DNA of 63,066 bases, filler included, from Octopus bimaculoides (GCF_001194135.2; 7 parts of 6 records of this genome joined end to end with filler, not necessarily neighbours in it); one strand, 5' to 3'. Positions 1 through 13,049 are shown, counted from the first letter of the whole stretch. A program made the numbers and translations. Notes: generated by a model from the letters alone, not told the origin.

Positions 1-22
1 ATAATTAAAAATAGAAGAGGCA
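1..22 (+). mobile_element. 3' terminus of an R4/Dong-like LINE family, followed by (TA)n
   Basis: ATAATTAAAAATAGAAGAGGCA matches the 3' ends of the copies at 1111-1740(-) and 10654-10810(+); a TA repeat follows at about 23-51. Confidence 0.7.
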
Positions 23-224
23 TATAGTTATATATATATATATATATATAACAAATAGTGAAAGACTATCAATCCGAGCAAAATACTTCACAAACTCTCT
101 GTTGGCACACCAGACTAACGATATTATTTAGATCAATGAGGAACTCCAGGTAATCTTGTGGCGGGGACCAAGGTTATGATTCATCACAATTCTATATTGT
201 ATATCAGTTTTTGCACAGAGTGGT

Positions 225-798
225 ATATAAGAAACAAGTTTAAAATAATGGTCATTACATAGTTTTACTTTATTGGAGCCAATTTCGCTTACAGCTGTTT
301 CCAGTAGTCATTTTACTCAACTGGTCTATTGATCAATTGAGGAAAATTGAACGACCTAAGAAAATTAATGCTACTTTCATCAGAGTAATTTCTGGAAGAC
401 CTACCTGTGTGTTGACCTGACTATAAACACTTATGTTTTATGAATGTCCTTCCAAATTTTGGCAATACCATACCCCGCGTCTAGTAAGTGACTCTTATAC
501 CGTCCCCTTGCCTCTTTCCACCCCTCTGTAACGTGTCATTCTCCGTTCTATATTCTACTTGCATTATTCCCTCCTCTTTCCCCCCTTCCCCATGCAATAG
601 TCATTCTTTCAGTATTCTGTTTGCTATAACCATAAATGGCTCTGGTAAAAGTAGCATTAATTTTCTTAGGTCATCAATTTCCTCAATTGATCAATAGACC
701 AGTTGAGTAAAATGACTACTGGAAACAGCTGTAAGCGAAATTGGCTCCAATAAAGTAAAACTATGTAATGACCATTATTTTTAACTTGTTGCTTATAT
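225..798. repeat. Inverted repeat, arms about 225-391 and 634-798
   Basis: The arms are near-perfect reverse complements over about 165 bp. Translation gives LNWSIDQLRKI and RKLM, weakly like the region after the RT domain in R4-type LINEs. Confidence 0.85.
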
Positions 799-802
799 CT
801 TT

Positions 803-1099
803 TTTCTTATCAGTAGATAGGCACAGCGTAATCCGTAGGCAGGAGAGGTGCAGCCGGAGAGTGCAAAGTTCAGAATAAAAAGTCCAGAATAAATAAGTCC
901 AGAATAAATAGTCCAGAATGAAAAAAGGTAGAGAGTCCAGAAGTTCGTGTGCGATGAGAAGAGACAGGATTAGCTGGTGCGACCACGTGAGTGTTTGCTA
1001 TGTATGGGAGAATTCACGGAAAAAACAACAGATGATGACAGGTGGTGTAAACAACAAATGAATGTATTAGTATAACGCTCGGGAATAGAGAAAGTCCTT
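803..1099 (-). mobile_element. Non-coding Penelope pLTR/retrozyme-like element, copy 1 (partial)
   Basis: Two blocks (806-862 and 1003-1099) align by eye at roughly 80% with 62441-62500 and 62652-62750. Confidence 0.7.
867..943 (+). repeat. Short tandem repeat, 14-15 bp unit AGTCCAGAATAAAT, inside the element above
   Basis: Four adjacent copies plus a partial fifth. Confidence 0.85.
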
Positions 1100-1110
1100 A
1101 TATATATATA

Positions 1111-1740
1111 TGCCTCTTCTATTTTTGAATTATTATCAATCTTTCACTGATGAAGGAGCTGATTTCCAACAAAGATACAAGGCTCCATCTTTGGAATGTA
1201 GTTAATACAAACAGATTCACATTTGGAACTTGAGAAAAGTCTTGAATATGTTTATTGTTCCGCTCACAGATTGCACTTGTAATGTACGAATTAGCCGGTC
1301 GATTTCTCTTTCTGAAAATCCCAGTTTATCCATATTCACCTTTAAGCATTTACTAACAAACCTACTACTCCAATTATTATTGGTATGAATAGTCTGAATA
1401 TAGAAGTTGGAGGTTTCGAAGCAGTTGTCCATAGATATCCTCTTTTTCTTTGATTTTCAAAGAGATATTTTTATATCTGCAGGCAACTGACTTATATGAT
1501 GGTACATACCTTTGCCTCTCTGTCCCAAATATCCGGCCTGTTATGTTTACATTCGACGGAAGTTTTGATGGGAATATTCTACCAGTATTCCTTGAGTTGG
1601 TGTTTATGAATGTATTCCATAACACATTGACGCTTCTGTCGAAGACGACGTTTGAGCGTTCAACTTTTTGCCGAACGACCTACGCAAATTGTTTGCAGTG
1701 ATCAAATGTTCGTGCCCTGCAGTAGCTCACTCTTTCCATC
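1111..1740 (-). mobile_element. R4/Dong-like non-LTR retrotransposon 3' part (REL endonuclease and 3' UTR), frameshifted
   Basis: Joined frames read NRPDI-WDREAKVCTII*VSC..I.ISLKIKEKEDIYGQLLRNLQLLY..PIIIG..G.VSKCLK..MDKLGF..LQVQSVSGTINIFKTFLKF, a PD-(D/E)xK REL pattern. The element ends at a (TA)n. Confidence 0.8.
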
Positions 1741-1854
1741 AAATCGACGTTGTCTGAACAGGTGTACCACGGGTCAGGTGTCGAAGTGTATCTATACAGA
1801 AACGTGTGCACACATATGTATACAACATATATACACATTCATATGTAATATATT

Positions 1855-1855
<1 letters not shown>

Positions 1856-1922
<67 letters not shown>
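1856..1922. repeat. (TG)n/(CG)n microsatellite
   Basis: Read directly from the sequence. Confidence 0.95.
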
Positions 1923-1926
<4 letters not shown>

Positions 1927-2077
1927 TACAGAAGTATGTGAGTATTATGTAGTCGATATTATCGATTAGATCCTTCCCCAAAGCTTGAGGCAGTGTGCCT
2001 GCAGTAGAAAGGATATTACATTCGTTTTAACGATACATGATTCACAGCATCATGAATATAAATAATAATTATCTAAA

Positions 2078-2270
2078 ATTGGCTTCAAATTTTGGTACAA
2101 AGCAAGCAATTTTGGGGAAAGACGATTACACCGACTCCGGTAATCAACTGGTACTTATTTTATCAACCCTGGAAAGATGAACAGTAAAGTGGATTTCAGT
2201 GGAATTCAGAACGAAAAGACGGATGAAATACCGCTAAGCATTTTGCCCGTTGTGCTAACGATTCTGCCTT
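2078..2270 (-). mobile_element. tRNA-headed SINE, family B (head GGCGGCGAGCTGGCAGAA), decayed
   Basis: Reverse complement resembles the copies at 14973 and 48787. Confidence 0.75.
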
Positions 2271-2517
2271 AATTATCTGATATTGCAACATATTATGCGG
2301 TAAATGTTCATCTCGTCAGAAATAGGTAAAAAGGCAACATACATACATACGTACATACATACATACATACGTACATACATACATGTGTGTGTGTGTGTGT
2401 GAGCGTATGTTTATACATATACAGATATATGTATTGACTGGTGGATATTTGTAAATACATGCATATATCTACACACAGGTAGTATGTGTATGTATATATA
2501 TATATATATATATATAT

Positions 2518-2617
2518 NNNNNNNNNNNNNNNNNNNNNNNNNNNNNNNNNNNNNNNNNNNNTTAATTAATTAANNNNNNNNNNNNNNNNNNNNNNNNNNN
2601 NNNNNNNNNNNNNNNNN
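2518..2617. other. 100-bp assembly gap marker, N44-TTAATTAATTAA-N44 (also 10554-10653, 11721-11820, 14358-14457, 39756-39855, 46129-46228)
   Basis: The same 12-mer sits centred in six equal-length gaps; it gives stops in all six frames. Confidence 0.95.
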
Positions 2618-2878
2618 CATAAAGATAGAATCATAATTTAATTACAAGAAAACCAAGAAGATAAAAATCCTCTACCTGCTCAAGTTGAAATCCGTTGAGC
2701 ACTATGAAGTGTAATCTATACTGAGAAACCATATGTGTATGTGTGTGTGTGTGTGTGCTTGTATGTGTGTGTGTGCATGTGTGTGTCTGCGTGTGCGTTT
2801 GTGTATTTAGAAGCAAAATATCAAAAGTGACTTCGAAGTCTCACCGTGGACAGATTTTCTTAAATAGGTTAAGGAAAA

Positions 2879-2914
<36 letters not shown>

Positions 2915-3042
2915 ATGATTTATATAACGGACTAAAACCTAGATATCTGACGTTTTCCTTTCAAACATTATGGCTAATTCTTTTAACCAATGTTCCTTTC
3001 AGTTTCTGTCGTTCAACCCAACTACCACACAGCTAATTGTCA

Positions 3043-3180
3043 TACGAGGGGGTACTGAAAAGTTCCTGGCTTTAAGGGTGTCGCGAAAGGCTTGGCTGGA
3101 GGTCCAACCACCTGAATTCTTTTAAGGGCTTAGAAAAAAACTGAAGGACCGCTGCAATAAGTGTGTGAACCTGAGAGGGG
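3043..3180 (+). mobile_element. Mariner-derived MITE, left part, cut by a gap
   Basis: TA-CGAGGGGGTACTGAAAAGTTCC is a mariner-type end; internal KLKDRCNKCVNLRG resembles the mariner transposase C-terminus. Confidence 0.65.
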
Positions 3181-3400
3181 NNNNNNNNNNNNNNNNNNNN
3201 NNNNNNNNNNNNNNNNNNNNNNNNNNNNNNNNNNNNNNNNNNNNNNNNNNNNNNNNNNNNNNNNNNNNNNNNNNNNNNNNNNNNNNNNNNNNNNNNNNNN
3301 NNNNNNNNNNNNNNNNNNNNNNNNNNNNNNNNNNNNNNNNNNNNNNNNNNNNNNNNNNNNNNNNNNNNNNNNNNNNNNNNNNNNNNNNNNNNNNNNNNNN

Positions 3401-3679
3401 AAGTGGCTGAGCACTCCACAGACACGTGTACCCTTAACGTAGTTCTCGGGGAGATTCAGCGTGACAGAGAGTGTGACAAGACTGGCCCTTTGAAATACAG
3501 GTACAACAGAAACAGGAAGAAAGAGTGAGAGAAAGTTGTGGTGAAAGAGTACAGCAGGGTTCGCCACCATCCCCTGTCGGAGCCTTGTGGAACTTTAGGT
3601 GTTTTCGCTCAATAAACACTCACAACGCGATCCTACGACCGCGAGTCCGCTTCCCTAACCACTGGGCCATTGCGCCTCC
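3401..3679 (-). mobile_element. tRNA-headed SINE, family C
   Basis: Minus-strand head GGAGGCGCAATGGCCCAGTGGTTAGGG with the B-box region deleted; body modules are shared with 18303-18590 and 24647-24959. Confidence 0.85.
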
Positions 3680-4499
3680 ACACAGAAAAGATACAGTAAA
3701 AATACAAAGAATGAAAAACGAAAATCTTTCTCTCTCCCTCTTTCTCTCCCCCTTCCTCTCTACGTATATATATATTAGACATTCAAATGTGATATGTTTT
3801 ACTAAACTATAGCGATTGTAGAGGTAATTATTTTACAGCTCCCCACTGACGAGAAAGATATTTCCTGTGTCATCCTATATTTTATCAGTTGAATCAACAT
3901 AGCTTAACTTGATTCCTCGTCTCTATCGTATTTTCGATGAGTGTCAATAGACGTGAGGTTGACATTGTTAACGATTACACTTTAGTAATTGAAGGAAACC
4001 TTATTTTCTTTTCCGAAATATTGTTGAATTATCGATTAATCTAATATTGTTGCATTATCGATATATTGATTTTGAAAGAAAAGAAGAAGCTGACAGAAAA
4101 AAAAAAAGCTAAATTAATTTAATCAACACCAAAAAGTAAACCAAAGTAAATTTAGCTTCTTCACAAAGCTTTATTTGTTCTTATTAAATCGGTTCACTAT
4201 CTTGAAGCACAGTTTCTAAAGGATTATTTCTGCTTTCTTTTAGTGATATCTATTGATTATCAATACTAAGATGTTTTATTATATTTTGTCAACACACCCA
4301 ACCTCGGATCATCAGAGAAATATTGAAAGCCATATACACAGTCACATTTTACTTTTTTTTTCGTTTCAATTTTTTCTTTCTATTTTGTTTGTTTTGTTTT
4401 TTGGTGGTGGTGGGGGGAGATGCCATCTTAAACAGATTTCTTGATTGAAATAACCTACTTATTGAAAATAAATAAGCATTATATACTGGGGAATGGCAA

Positions 4500-4751
4500 T
4501 GTTATTTGTAGTAAAAAGTAAATAAGACCAGCCAGACATTACGACTCATAGGACCTGGTATTGACAGCGTGTAAGTGACCGAGATGACATCTCCTTTGAA
4601 CGGAACGCCACTCAGACAAAAGCTACTCATTTACAGCCGACTGGACTGGAGCATTGGGGCTCAACAACACAACGCACCACCCGGTCCAAGAATCGAAACT
4701 ACAATTTTGCAATTGTTAGTGCAACATCCTAACCACTAAGCCATGCGCCTC
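4500..4751 (-). mobile_element. Decayed tRNA-headed SINE
   Basis: Minus-strand A-box GAGGCGCATGGCTTAGTGGTTAG and B-box GTTTCGATTC. Confidence 0.65.
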
Positions 4752-7297
4752 TACGCGTTCGCAATGAATACTATAGGAAACGAAATAAATTTTTAATTTG
4801 CGAAGATCACGATTCGTTTTCGATTCGCACTTAGTTATTTGCCATCACTTTCGTCGTTAATAGCCCATGGAATGGTTATAAGATTGCAGTTATCTATTTC
4901 TTCTTTCTATAATATATAAGATCTTTGTAGTTAATCAAAACAAATCAATGCCTTTAATATTTAGTGAAAAAAATACAAAATAACAAAAAAACAAAAAACA
5001 AACAAACAAACAAACAAACAAAAAACACAAAAATCAAAATTGTATTTGAATTGAAATTCAATCTTATCTAGTTGAGAATAAAATTTCTCATGTAATAATT
5101 TTATTGATATCATCTTCATAGTATTATTTAAAGATGCAGTTTGATCTAATATGATCGACCATTAGCCTTATTTAATGAGAATGTTTGAGGATATCAAATG
5201 TATTTGCGGAGGATATCAATCTTATTTATAGAAGAGCTAGTTGGAGAAAGATATATTTCATAGGTAATTGTAAAACCTATTGTATTTTTTATTTTATATT
5301 TGTACTAATAATATATATTAATATTGATATTAATACTGTTATTATGTTTATGAAATTTATAGGAAAATATCAATTTTGTTTGAGAAACATATCAATCATT
5401 TTTGACACGGAGAGAGATTCTAATTAATATTAATTAAGTAGAAAATGATCTCATTGACGTGTAACGTAATTGGTGAACCGAGACGATCGCCTACTTTTGT
5501 TGGCAGTTAATTGAGATGCACGTTACTTTATCCAAAAACAAAAACCAAAAATCCATTTTTAAGACACACGAACATGACACAATATCATTCATAACCTTTT
5601 AAATCTAAAGCAGTATATATCAAAACTCCATATCATTCCTCTGTTCGTTATAAACCCGAGGCGTTGTACCTTTCTAAAGAAATCGATATAGGGATGAACT
5701 CTCTTTGATATGTGTAACACATACAGTTGTCATGTAGCTTACTTCTGCAGTGTAAAAGAGTTCAGTTCGAATTTATTGACAAAACTTCAAATATTTCATT
5801 CCTCAGAATATTTCTCAAAGGAAAAATATATTCCTGAACAAAGCACCAAATCAACTAGCAAATCCTTGCATCTTCGACGAGGTGCTTTGATTAAGCTTCA
5901 CTTCGAAGATGATAATAAAAGTACATTAAAAAAACTCAATAACCCCACCACCCCTAAACACAAAAGAAAGAATAATAAAATCAACAATGGAAATATTTCG
6001 AAATGTGTTCACAAAATTTAAGGTTAGCTGATGCTTTGGATTATATGAACAACGGCGATCTATTTAATCCATTATTCGTTTGGATAACTTGAAAGCAATA
6101 TTTCAGATACGTTATGTACAATCTAGTTAAAGAATTGATGGATATATTTCTGATGATTCTGCTTCCGCTATTCGTGCATCGTTTCGTTTACCTATTGGCT
6201 TGCTTGCTGCCTGCCATCTTTATCTCACAGCCCTCCTTTGAATTTTCTTTCTGTGGAAGTTTATTTAATATTGTAACCAACTTGTCTGTAGGACTGTATG
6301 AAGTACCTTTAAAGTTTACATAACCATGATTCACTATCTATTTATTTATATGCGTACGTACGTACCTTCCTATCTATCTATGTTAGTAATGAACTTCATG
6401 GATAAATAATTTCTTTTAAGAGATTCAGTAGTTCGCTACCATATATGGTATATGTTATGTAGGTTGAGGTTTATATATGCTTTGGTTAGGCTGATAAAGA
6501 GTTGTTTTTGGTAAGGATCTTCGTATTTTGTATACAGATCTTTTATTTGTGAATATGAAGAGAATTTTTTCTGACGTTCATAGAAATTTGATTTCAGAGC
6601 TTCAGAACTTCAAGTCGGACAAACATACAATTATGGATAGCAGTGGAATTTCAACAATGACAACACCAACGGAGCAATAACATAAAATAACGTACCGAAA
6701 AGAATATCAGTTTAGCTACATCAAATAGAAAATATAAACCCTTCGTAGAATATAACAAATAGAATATTAGCGATTTTAAAAGTAAAATAAAAAAAAAAAA
6801 ACAGTAGCGAAACAGGATATGAATGACATAATCAACATGCACATAGAGAGTAATTACTGAACCAATTCAAGCCTCTTTCGTTGTATCTATCCTGCAGTCG
6901 ACACAACATCCTAAAATATCGACAAATGAAGCATTTGACTTTATTAAATACATCCATTTGTGTCTTGAACTATCTTGTTTTTAACACTTATCTGTAAGTT
7001 ACGCAAAGTCAGCATGTTCTTTCCGTATGTTATTGTCGAGTCCTTGTAATAAGGAATAATAAGGAGTTGTTTGAATAGGGTGGTCAGATAGTTTCGTTCG
7101 TATTTCCCTCCCCACCACTCTTTGATTCTTTCCGCTGTTATTTGATTTAACAAGAAATCTATTTGTATCGTAGTGTTTTATGTCTTTTTGTAGCTCTCTT
7201 CATCGTTTACAACTTTTGTTCATCGCTTTTGAAATTTGAATAAATTTTGCCTCTTTTCAAACATATGATGATAGAGTGCTAAGTGGAAAAAGAAATG

Positions 7298-7331
<34 letters not shown>
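7298..7331 (+). repeat. A34 homopolymer
   Basis: Read directly from the sequence. Confidence 0.95.
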
Positions 7332-7333
<2 letters not shown>

Positions 7334-8377
7334 GAACGAATTTATATGACAACCCAATATGTATAAAATGGATTTTCACTTTGTAACCTTTATAATTATT
7401 ATTTGAGAACAACACAGAAATTTTATGATCCTCTTACAGTTTAATGGCTAATAACAAAAACTATTTTCAACAGGTTCAATTAAATGCATCAGGAAACTTT
7501 TAACTGAAATGATTATTGCGGATATTGTTCTTATAACTACGAATCGTTTACATGACATTGTCACCGTTACGAAGATGCAAATGAACAACATTCATATTCA
7601 AATATATATTTTCTACACGAGCAGCTTGGTCCCACAGCGTACAATTTTATGTATACACATCGTTATAGAGACATAGTATGTGTACGATCGTGATTAAGCG
7701 GTATAAACATGAAAATATTGTAGATATTTCGAGAAACCCTAAATTAATTCTCTAAAAAGATATGTGCGTGTACACACACATCTATATATGAAATTCCTTT
7801 TGCATGTGTCTAAATCTCAAACATGAACACAATATGGTCAAGATAAGGTAACAACTGGGCTGATGACGACAACTGAGGCAGAAACATGTGATCTAAGCTC
7901 CTCTCTTTTCTATACAATCAATCAGTCTTTCCCTATTAGTTTATAGATTGCGAAGAATTCTTGATTTTTGCGATTATGTCCTCTTCTCATTCAGTGTTGG
8001 ACGCATTTAGCACGAGGTATTTGTTTACGTTTCTCTCGAAAATATCAAAAGCTATTATTCATTCAGCGATATATTCATTCGTCTTTGTCCATATTCACGC
8101 CACTGGTCGCTTTAAGTTATTTCTCTCAGCTCTGTTGATATGTGAACAACAACAAAAGCAACAACAATATACCGAAGCCTGATAACCTGAGATAATCAAT
8201 GAAATTTATAAGTTACAATGCTATGATGAAAGTGATCGATTTAACATAAAATCTTGTGAGTTCATCACTTTCTTCTCGCCCTCTCCCTCTCTCCAATTTA
8301 TAAAGATTAAATAGTTTAAATAAATACACACCAACTCAATATTAGTTGTTAACTTACATACATGCATACATACGTAC

Positions 8378-8555
<178 letters not shown>

Positions 8556-9054
8556 TATAAGCATGCGTGAATGTATATTTGTATGTATATGTGTCTATGT
8601 GTAGATGTATATACACATACGTATATGTGTGTGTGTATATATACAGACATATGTATATATAAATACATATGCATATATACATATACTTATACATACCCCC
8701 ACTACACATACACACATATAGTCATGTGTTTAATTCTAAATATTCGAAATATATATTTATCAACAAGAATTATTAACCAGACACACACACACAAAGAGTT
8801 TTTCAAAATTAAATTTTTGCAGATACAATCAAAACCAGTTAACATTTGACTGTTGCTGTTACTGCTGTTATCATCGCCGCCGCCATCTTCTTTGTTACTT
8901 CATTTAATAATGCAAAGATGAAAGAAGTTGGTAAATATATTTCGAATCTTCTGATAGATGAACTAATGAGATTAAGTGTAATTAGAATGAATGACTAACA
9001 TATTGAACTAAATGTACCTAGCCATTTAGTGATGTGCTCTTTCGTATTGTAGAC

Positions 9055-9260
9055 AATGGCATAGCTCTGTAGTTAAGATGTTCGCTTTGCAGTTACGAGG
9101 TTTCGCGTTCAGTCCCACTCTTGGGAAAGTGCTTTCTACTATAGCCTCGGGCCGACCAGTGCCTACTGAGTGAGTGAATTTGATGAATAGAAACTGTATG
9201 GAAGGTTGTCGCGCGTGCGTGCATGCACACGCGCGCGTACATATGTATACACACACACAT
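9055..9260 (+). mobile_element. SINE family A, 5' half; a 3' half lies at about 9830-10020
   Basis: GTTCAGTCCCAC..CTTGGGAAAGTGCTTTCTACTATAGCCTCGGGCCGACC matches the copies at 33913 and 60914. Confidence 0.75.
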
Positions 9261-9501
9261 ATATATACACATATGACTATTTATACATTTATATATAAAT
9301 CGATCTGTATTATGCCGATCTTGCTGATAAGTTTCGCACTAGGCGTTCAACGGAGCATTAGGTAACAGTTCGATTATGTAACCCCGCGCTCTTCAGAGAT
9401 GGCGGTTATGCAAAGTGATCGGTAAGATCGGTGAGTGGGAAACCAATCGTTAAGGTTGGCCGTTATGGATATATGATATTGTACACTTCGATTAACATTG
9501 C

Positions 9502-9810
9502 GTTGAGTTCGATGAAGTGCGATTGAATCAACTTAATGAAAATCCATGTCAAACCGCCAGAGAATTGGCGGAGCAGATGGATTGTAATAAAAAAAACTGT
9601 GGTAAACTACCTTCTCTCAATGGGCAAGGTCCATTGAATTCAATTGGTCGACCGGTGTGTGATCCGTGCTTGAAGTCAAAATCCCCGTTTTTGAAGCGCG
9701 AAAACCAACGGTGGGCGGTACTTTGACGCATTGCTCCTTCACCATACCCAATATATCCATGCTAATGAGCAGTGTCCGCACAAATGAAAGGGTATAATGA
9801 TGGAATGAAG
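9502..9810. mobile_element. Mariner transposase N-terminal fragment with an internal inversion
   Basis: Minus block 9633-9810 reads YGEGAMRQSTAHRWFSRFKNGDFDFKHGSHTGRPIEF; plus block 9502-9632 reads VEFDEVRLNQL..NPCQTARELAEQM. Confidence 0.8.
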
Positions 9811-10653
9811 GGTGTCTATTTACTTTGGAGATCTGTGCGCGCACGCGCGCGTTTATTTGTGCACGTGTGTGTCTTCCTGTTTGTGTATTCTCCACCACCG
9901 CTTGACAACCGGTATTTTTTGTTTGCGTCTTCGTTACATAATGGTTCGGCTGAAAGAGACCCGATAGAGTAAGTACCATACTTTAAAAAATAAGTATTGG
10001 GATCGATTTATTTTACTAAATCCCCAATACTACTTTGAAGGGTTTAGACAAAAAGATTAGAGACGTGAGTGGTGAATGGTGGTTCTGTTAGAGCGTCAAA
10101 CGAAATCCTTAGTGTTTAGTTATTTAGTTTTCTGCTCTTTTTATGTTTGGTTTCATATCTTGCGACGATCTATTTTGCTTCTTTATCGTTCAAGTGTCGA
10201 TAAAATAATTACCTGTCAGATACAAGATGCAGTCCATCCGACTGTAGCCTCTCTTCTGGCACTGAACCTAACTACAGATTTCTATCCTTTCTCAACTTTG
10301 TTCCTGATAACCCTCTGAAAAATGGATATTTTAAAATAAAATTTCAGATGGTGTAGGTTACGATTAAGTCAGAATTTGATGTGGAGAAAAAAGAGAAGGG
10401 AGGATATTTCACACACCACGTCAAAACGTATATGGAAATAAAGTCGAGGCGTGTGAATTATCTTACTCCAGTTTTTTTTTCACATCAAATTCAGACATAA
10501 TTGTAATCTATATCACCTGAAACGTGTTTGTAAAAAAAATTATTTAAAAATATNNNNNNNNNNNNNNNNNNNNNNNNNNNNNNNNNNNNNNNNNNNNTTA
10601 ATTAATTAANNNNNNNNNNNNNNNNNNNNNNNNNNNNNNNNNNNNNNNNNNNN

Positions 10654-10810
10654 TGTGAGTGGAACAGTAAAAATATGCAAGACATTTCTCAAGTTCCAAA
10701 TGTAAATTTGTCTGTGTTAACTCCATCCCAAAGATGGAGCCTTGTATGTTTGTTGGAAACCGGCTCCCTCCTCAGTAGAAGAGTTATAATAATTAAAAAA
10801 TAGAAGAGAC
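10654..10810 (+). mobile_element. R4/Dong-like LINE 3' end, same family as 1111-1740
   Basis: Aligns to the reverse complement of about 1111-1267; cut by a gap on the 5' side. Confidence 0.85.
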
Positions 10811-11083
10811 GTACATTCATTCACTCATGTATACATCATACACACACGCACACACATATCCTTGCATGCATACATTCATACACACATGAAAGCATACATC
10901 GCCGCCCGCTCATACGATGACTATCAGTCCATGTCAAGTCGTCATTTTGATTACGTAGTCATCCGACTGATTGCCAACGTCTAGATATCGTTTCCAAGTA
11001 CATCTAGGCCACAATACTAACCGTTCCATTAAGAGTTTATTGTTGTAGTTGAGTCTCTCAAAATATTTCTAATATGTTAATCG

Positions 11084-11129
<46 letters not shown>

Positions 11130-11682
11130 NNNNNNNNNNTGTGTGTGTGTGTGTGTGTGTGCCTGTGTGTGTGTCTGTGTGTTTGTTGTCTGTGTGTCTG
11201 TGTTCTTAAGAACAAGACTGCGCATATGAATAACATGTGTTACATTCTTTATATTGGTGATTAGTTACAATGGAGATTTCAATTAGAAGGATGACAATAA
11301 CTGGTGAAGCCATTTTACTTTAATATATAAAACTTAATTTTCGGCAATTTGTGAATATTCTGTAAATTAGTATTCTCTTTTGCTTAATGTTCATCTTATT
11401 TCATATACTTAGGTATTCGTGAGTATACTCCCCAACACACACATACAGATACATACACACATGCACACACACAGACATATAGATATACATATAATCTTTT
11501 GATCTTTTACATTTACGTACTCTCTTTTCCTCTCTGTCTCTGTGGCATTTCGCTTGTCTCCTTTGATCTCATACTCTTCTACCGTCTGTCTCTGTCTATC
11601 CAACAGTTTTACTATCTACTCTCTCTATTGTTCGTACTTTCTCTCCTGTCTTGCTTTCACTGAAATAGAGACACACATACAG

Positions 11683-11720
<38 letters not shown>

Positions 11721-12061
11721 NNNNNNNNNNNNNNNNNNNNNNNNNNNNNNNNNNNNNNNNNNNNTTAATTAATTAANNNNNNNNNNNNNNNNNNNNNNNN
11801 NNNNNNNNNNNNNNNNNNNNTAATGCTCTTAGCTTATAAAAATTGGGGAAACCAGATCGAACCACCTCAAGTGTAACTGTCCGAAATGGTCATGACTTCT
11901 GGGACTTGACTGGTGAAAGAAAACCAAGAATGACCCGTCTTTTTTTGCCTGTCCTTCTAATTGTTGTTTCTCTTGTCCGCTTTTGTATCGTCAATCTGTC
12001 CGAACGTTTTAATGCTCTCTATTGCGTTTTTGTTCCATTTAAATTTTGTTTTTTCTTTTGC

Positions 12062-12284
12062 CTTTATCTTTTACTTGTTTCAGTCATTAGACTGCGGCCA
12101 TGCTGGGGCACCGTTTTGAATTTTTAGTCGAATGAATCGCCCCCATCACTTATTGTTTAAGCCTGGCATTTATTCTATCGGTAACTTTTGCCGAACCGAT
12201 AAGTTACGGGGAGGTAAACACACCAACATCGGTTGTCAAGCGGTGATGGGGACAAGCACAGACACAAAAGCGCTGCGCGCGCAT

Positions 12285-12342
<58 letters not shown>

Positions 12343-12487
12343 AACAGGTTTCCTTCATTTTCTGTCTTCCAGATCCACTCACAAGGCTTTGGACGGCCTG
12401 ATGTCACAGTAGGAGACAGTTGCCCAAGATGCCATGTAGTGGGAACCATGTGGTTGAGAAGCGAACTACTTAACACACAGTCACGCT
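12062..12487 (-). mobile_element. SINE family A, near full length, with central (CA)n
   Basis: Head, GATCCACTCACAAGGCTTTGG core and CTTGTTTCAGTC tail are all present. Confidence 0.85.
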
Positions 12488-13049
12488 GGCCGATGTGAGA
12501 CATCAGGTACCTAGAATCTCAATGTTTATTTTCAGCGAAAATAATAGAAAATACAAATTTTGAACTTACCAAATGTTAATGTTAAGTCTTTCATAGTCTT
12601 TCATGTTTAGTAACAGCTACCGGTTTCTTTGTGTTCTAGTAGTTATTTATAGCGGCTATTGTTTTGCCGACCTGATTTCGCAGTTTTTTGTTACCTTTTT
12701 ATCCGGTTGTAATTATGATACCGCTGCCTCTGTGGCAGCCATTGGTAAGGATAACCGTGTGTCATGTCACTGACATAATTGAATTTGTGTTATTCTGATT
12801 CTCCTCTTTTTATTTTACATTCCTTTTTTTTTCTTTCTTTTTCACTAGTATACACATATTCTTTATATTTTGTAGATGTAGACAAGCATCATTTACGGCC
12901 AGGAAATTCCGTCTGTATAGCAACCAGGAAATCGTGTCGCTTTGTTAAATAAACAAACAAGTCAGGTGAATCGAATATCTGCCATAAGAGATATTCGTGT
13001 CAGCTGCGGCAAATTCTGCATGTCAGAATCTTTACCTAATCTATCTTTT

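Noticed and set aside
6944-7153. 69-aa minus ORF with protein-like composition (EWWGGKYERNY)
   Set aside because: No ATG start, an in-frame stop just upstream, no recognisable motif and no convincing splice pair. A tBLASTn hit would be needed.
7298-7331. A34 as the tail of a processed pseudogene
   Set aside because: No nearby polyadenylation signal, no convincing TSD and no recognisable upstream coding sequence.
12878-12965. AG..GT-bounded candidate exon after a pyrimidine tract
   Set aside because: Stops in all three frames; a non-coding exon cannot be supported without transcripts.
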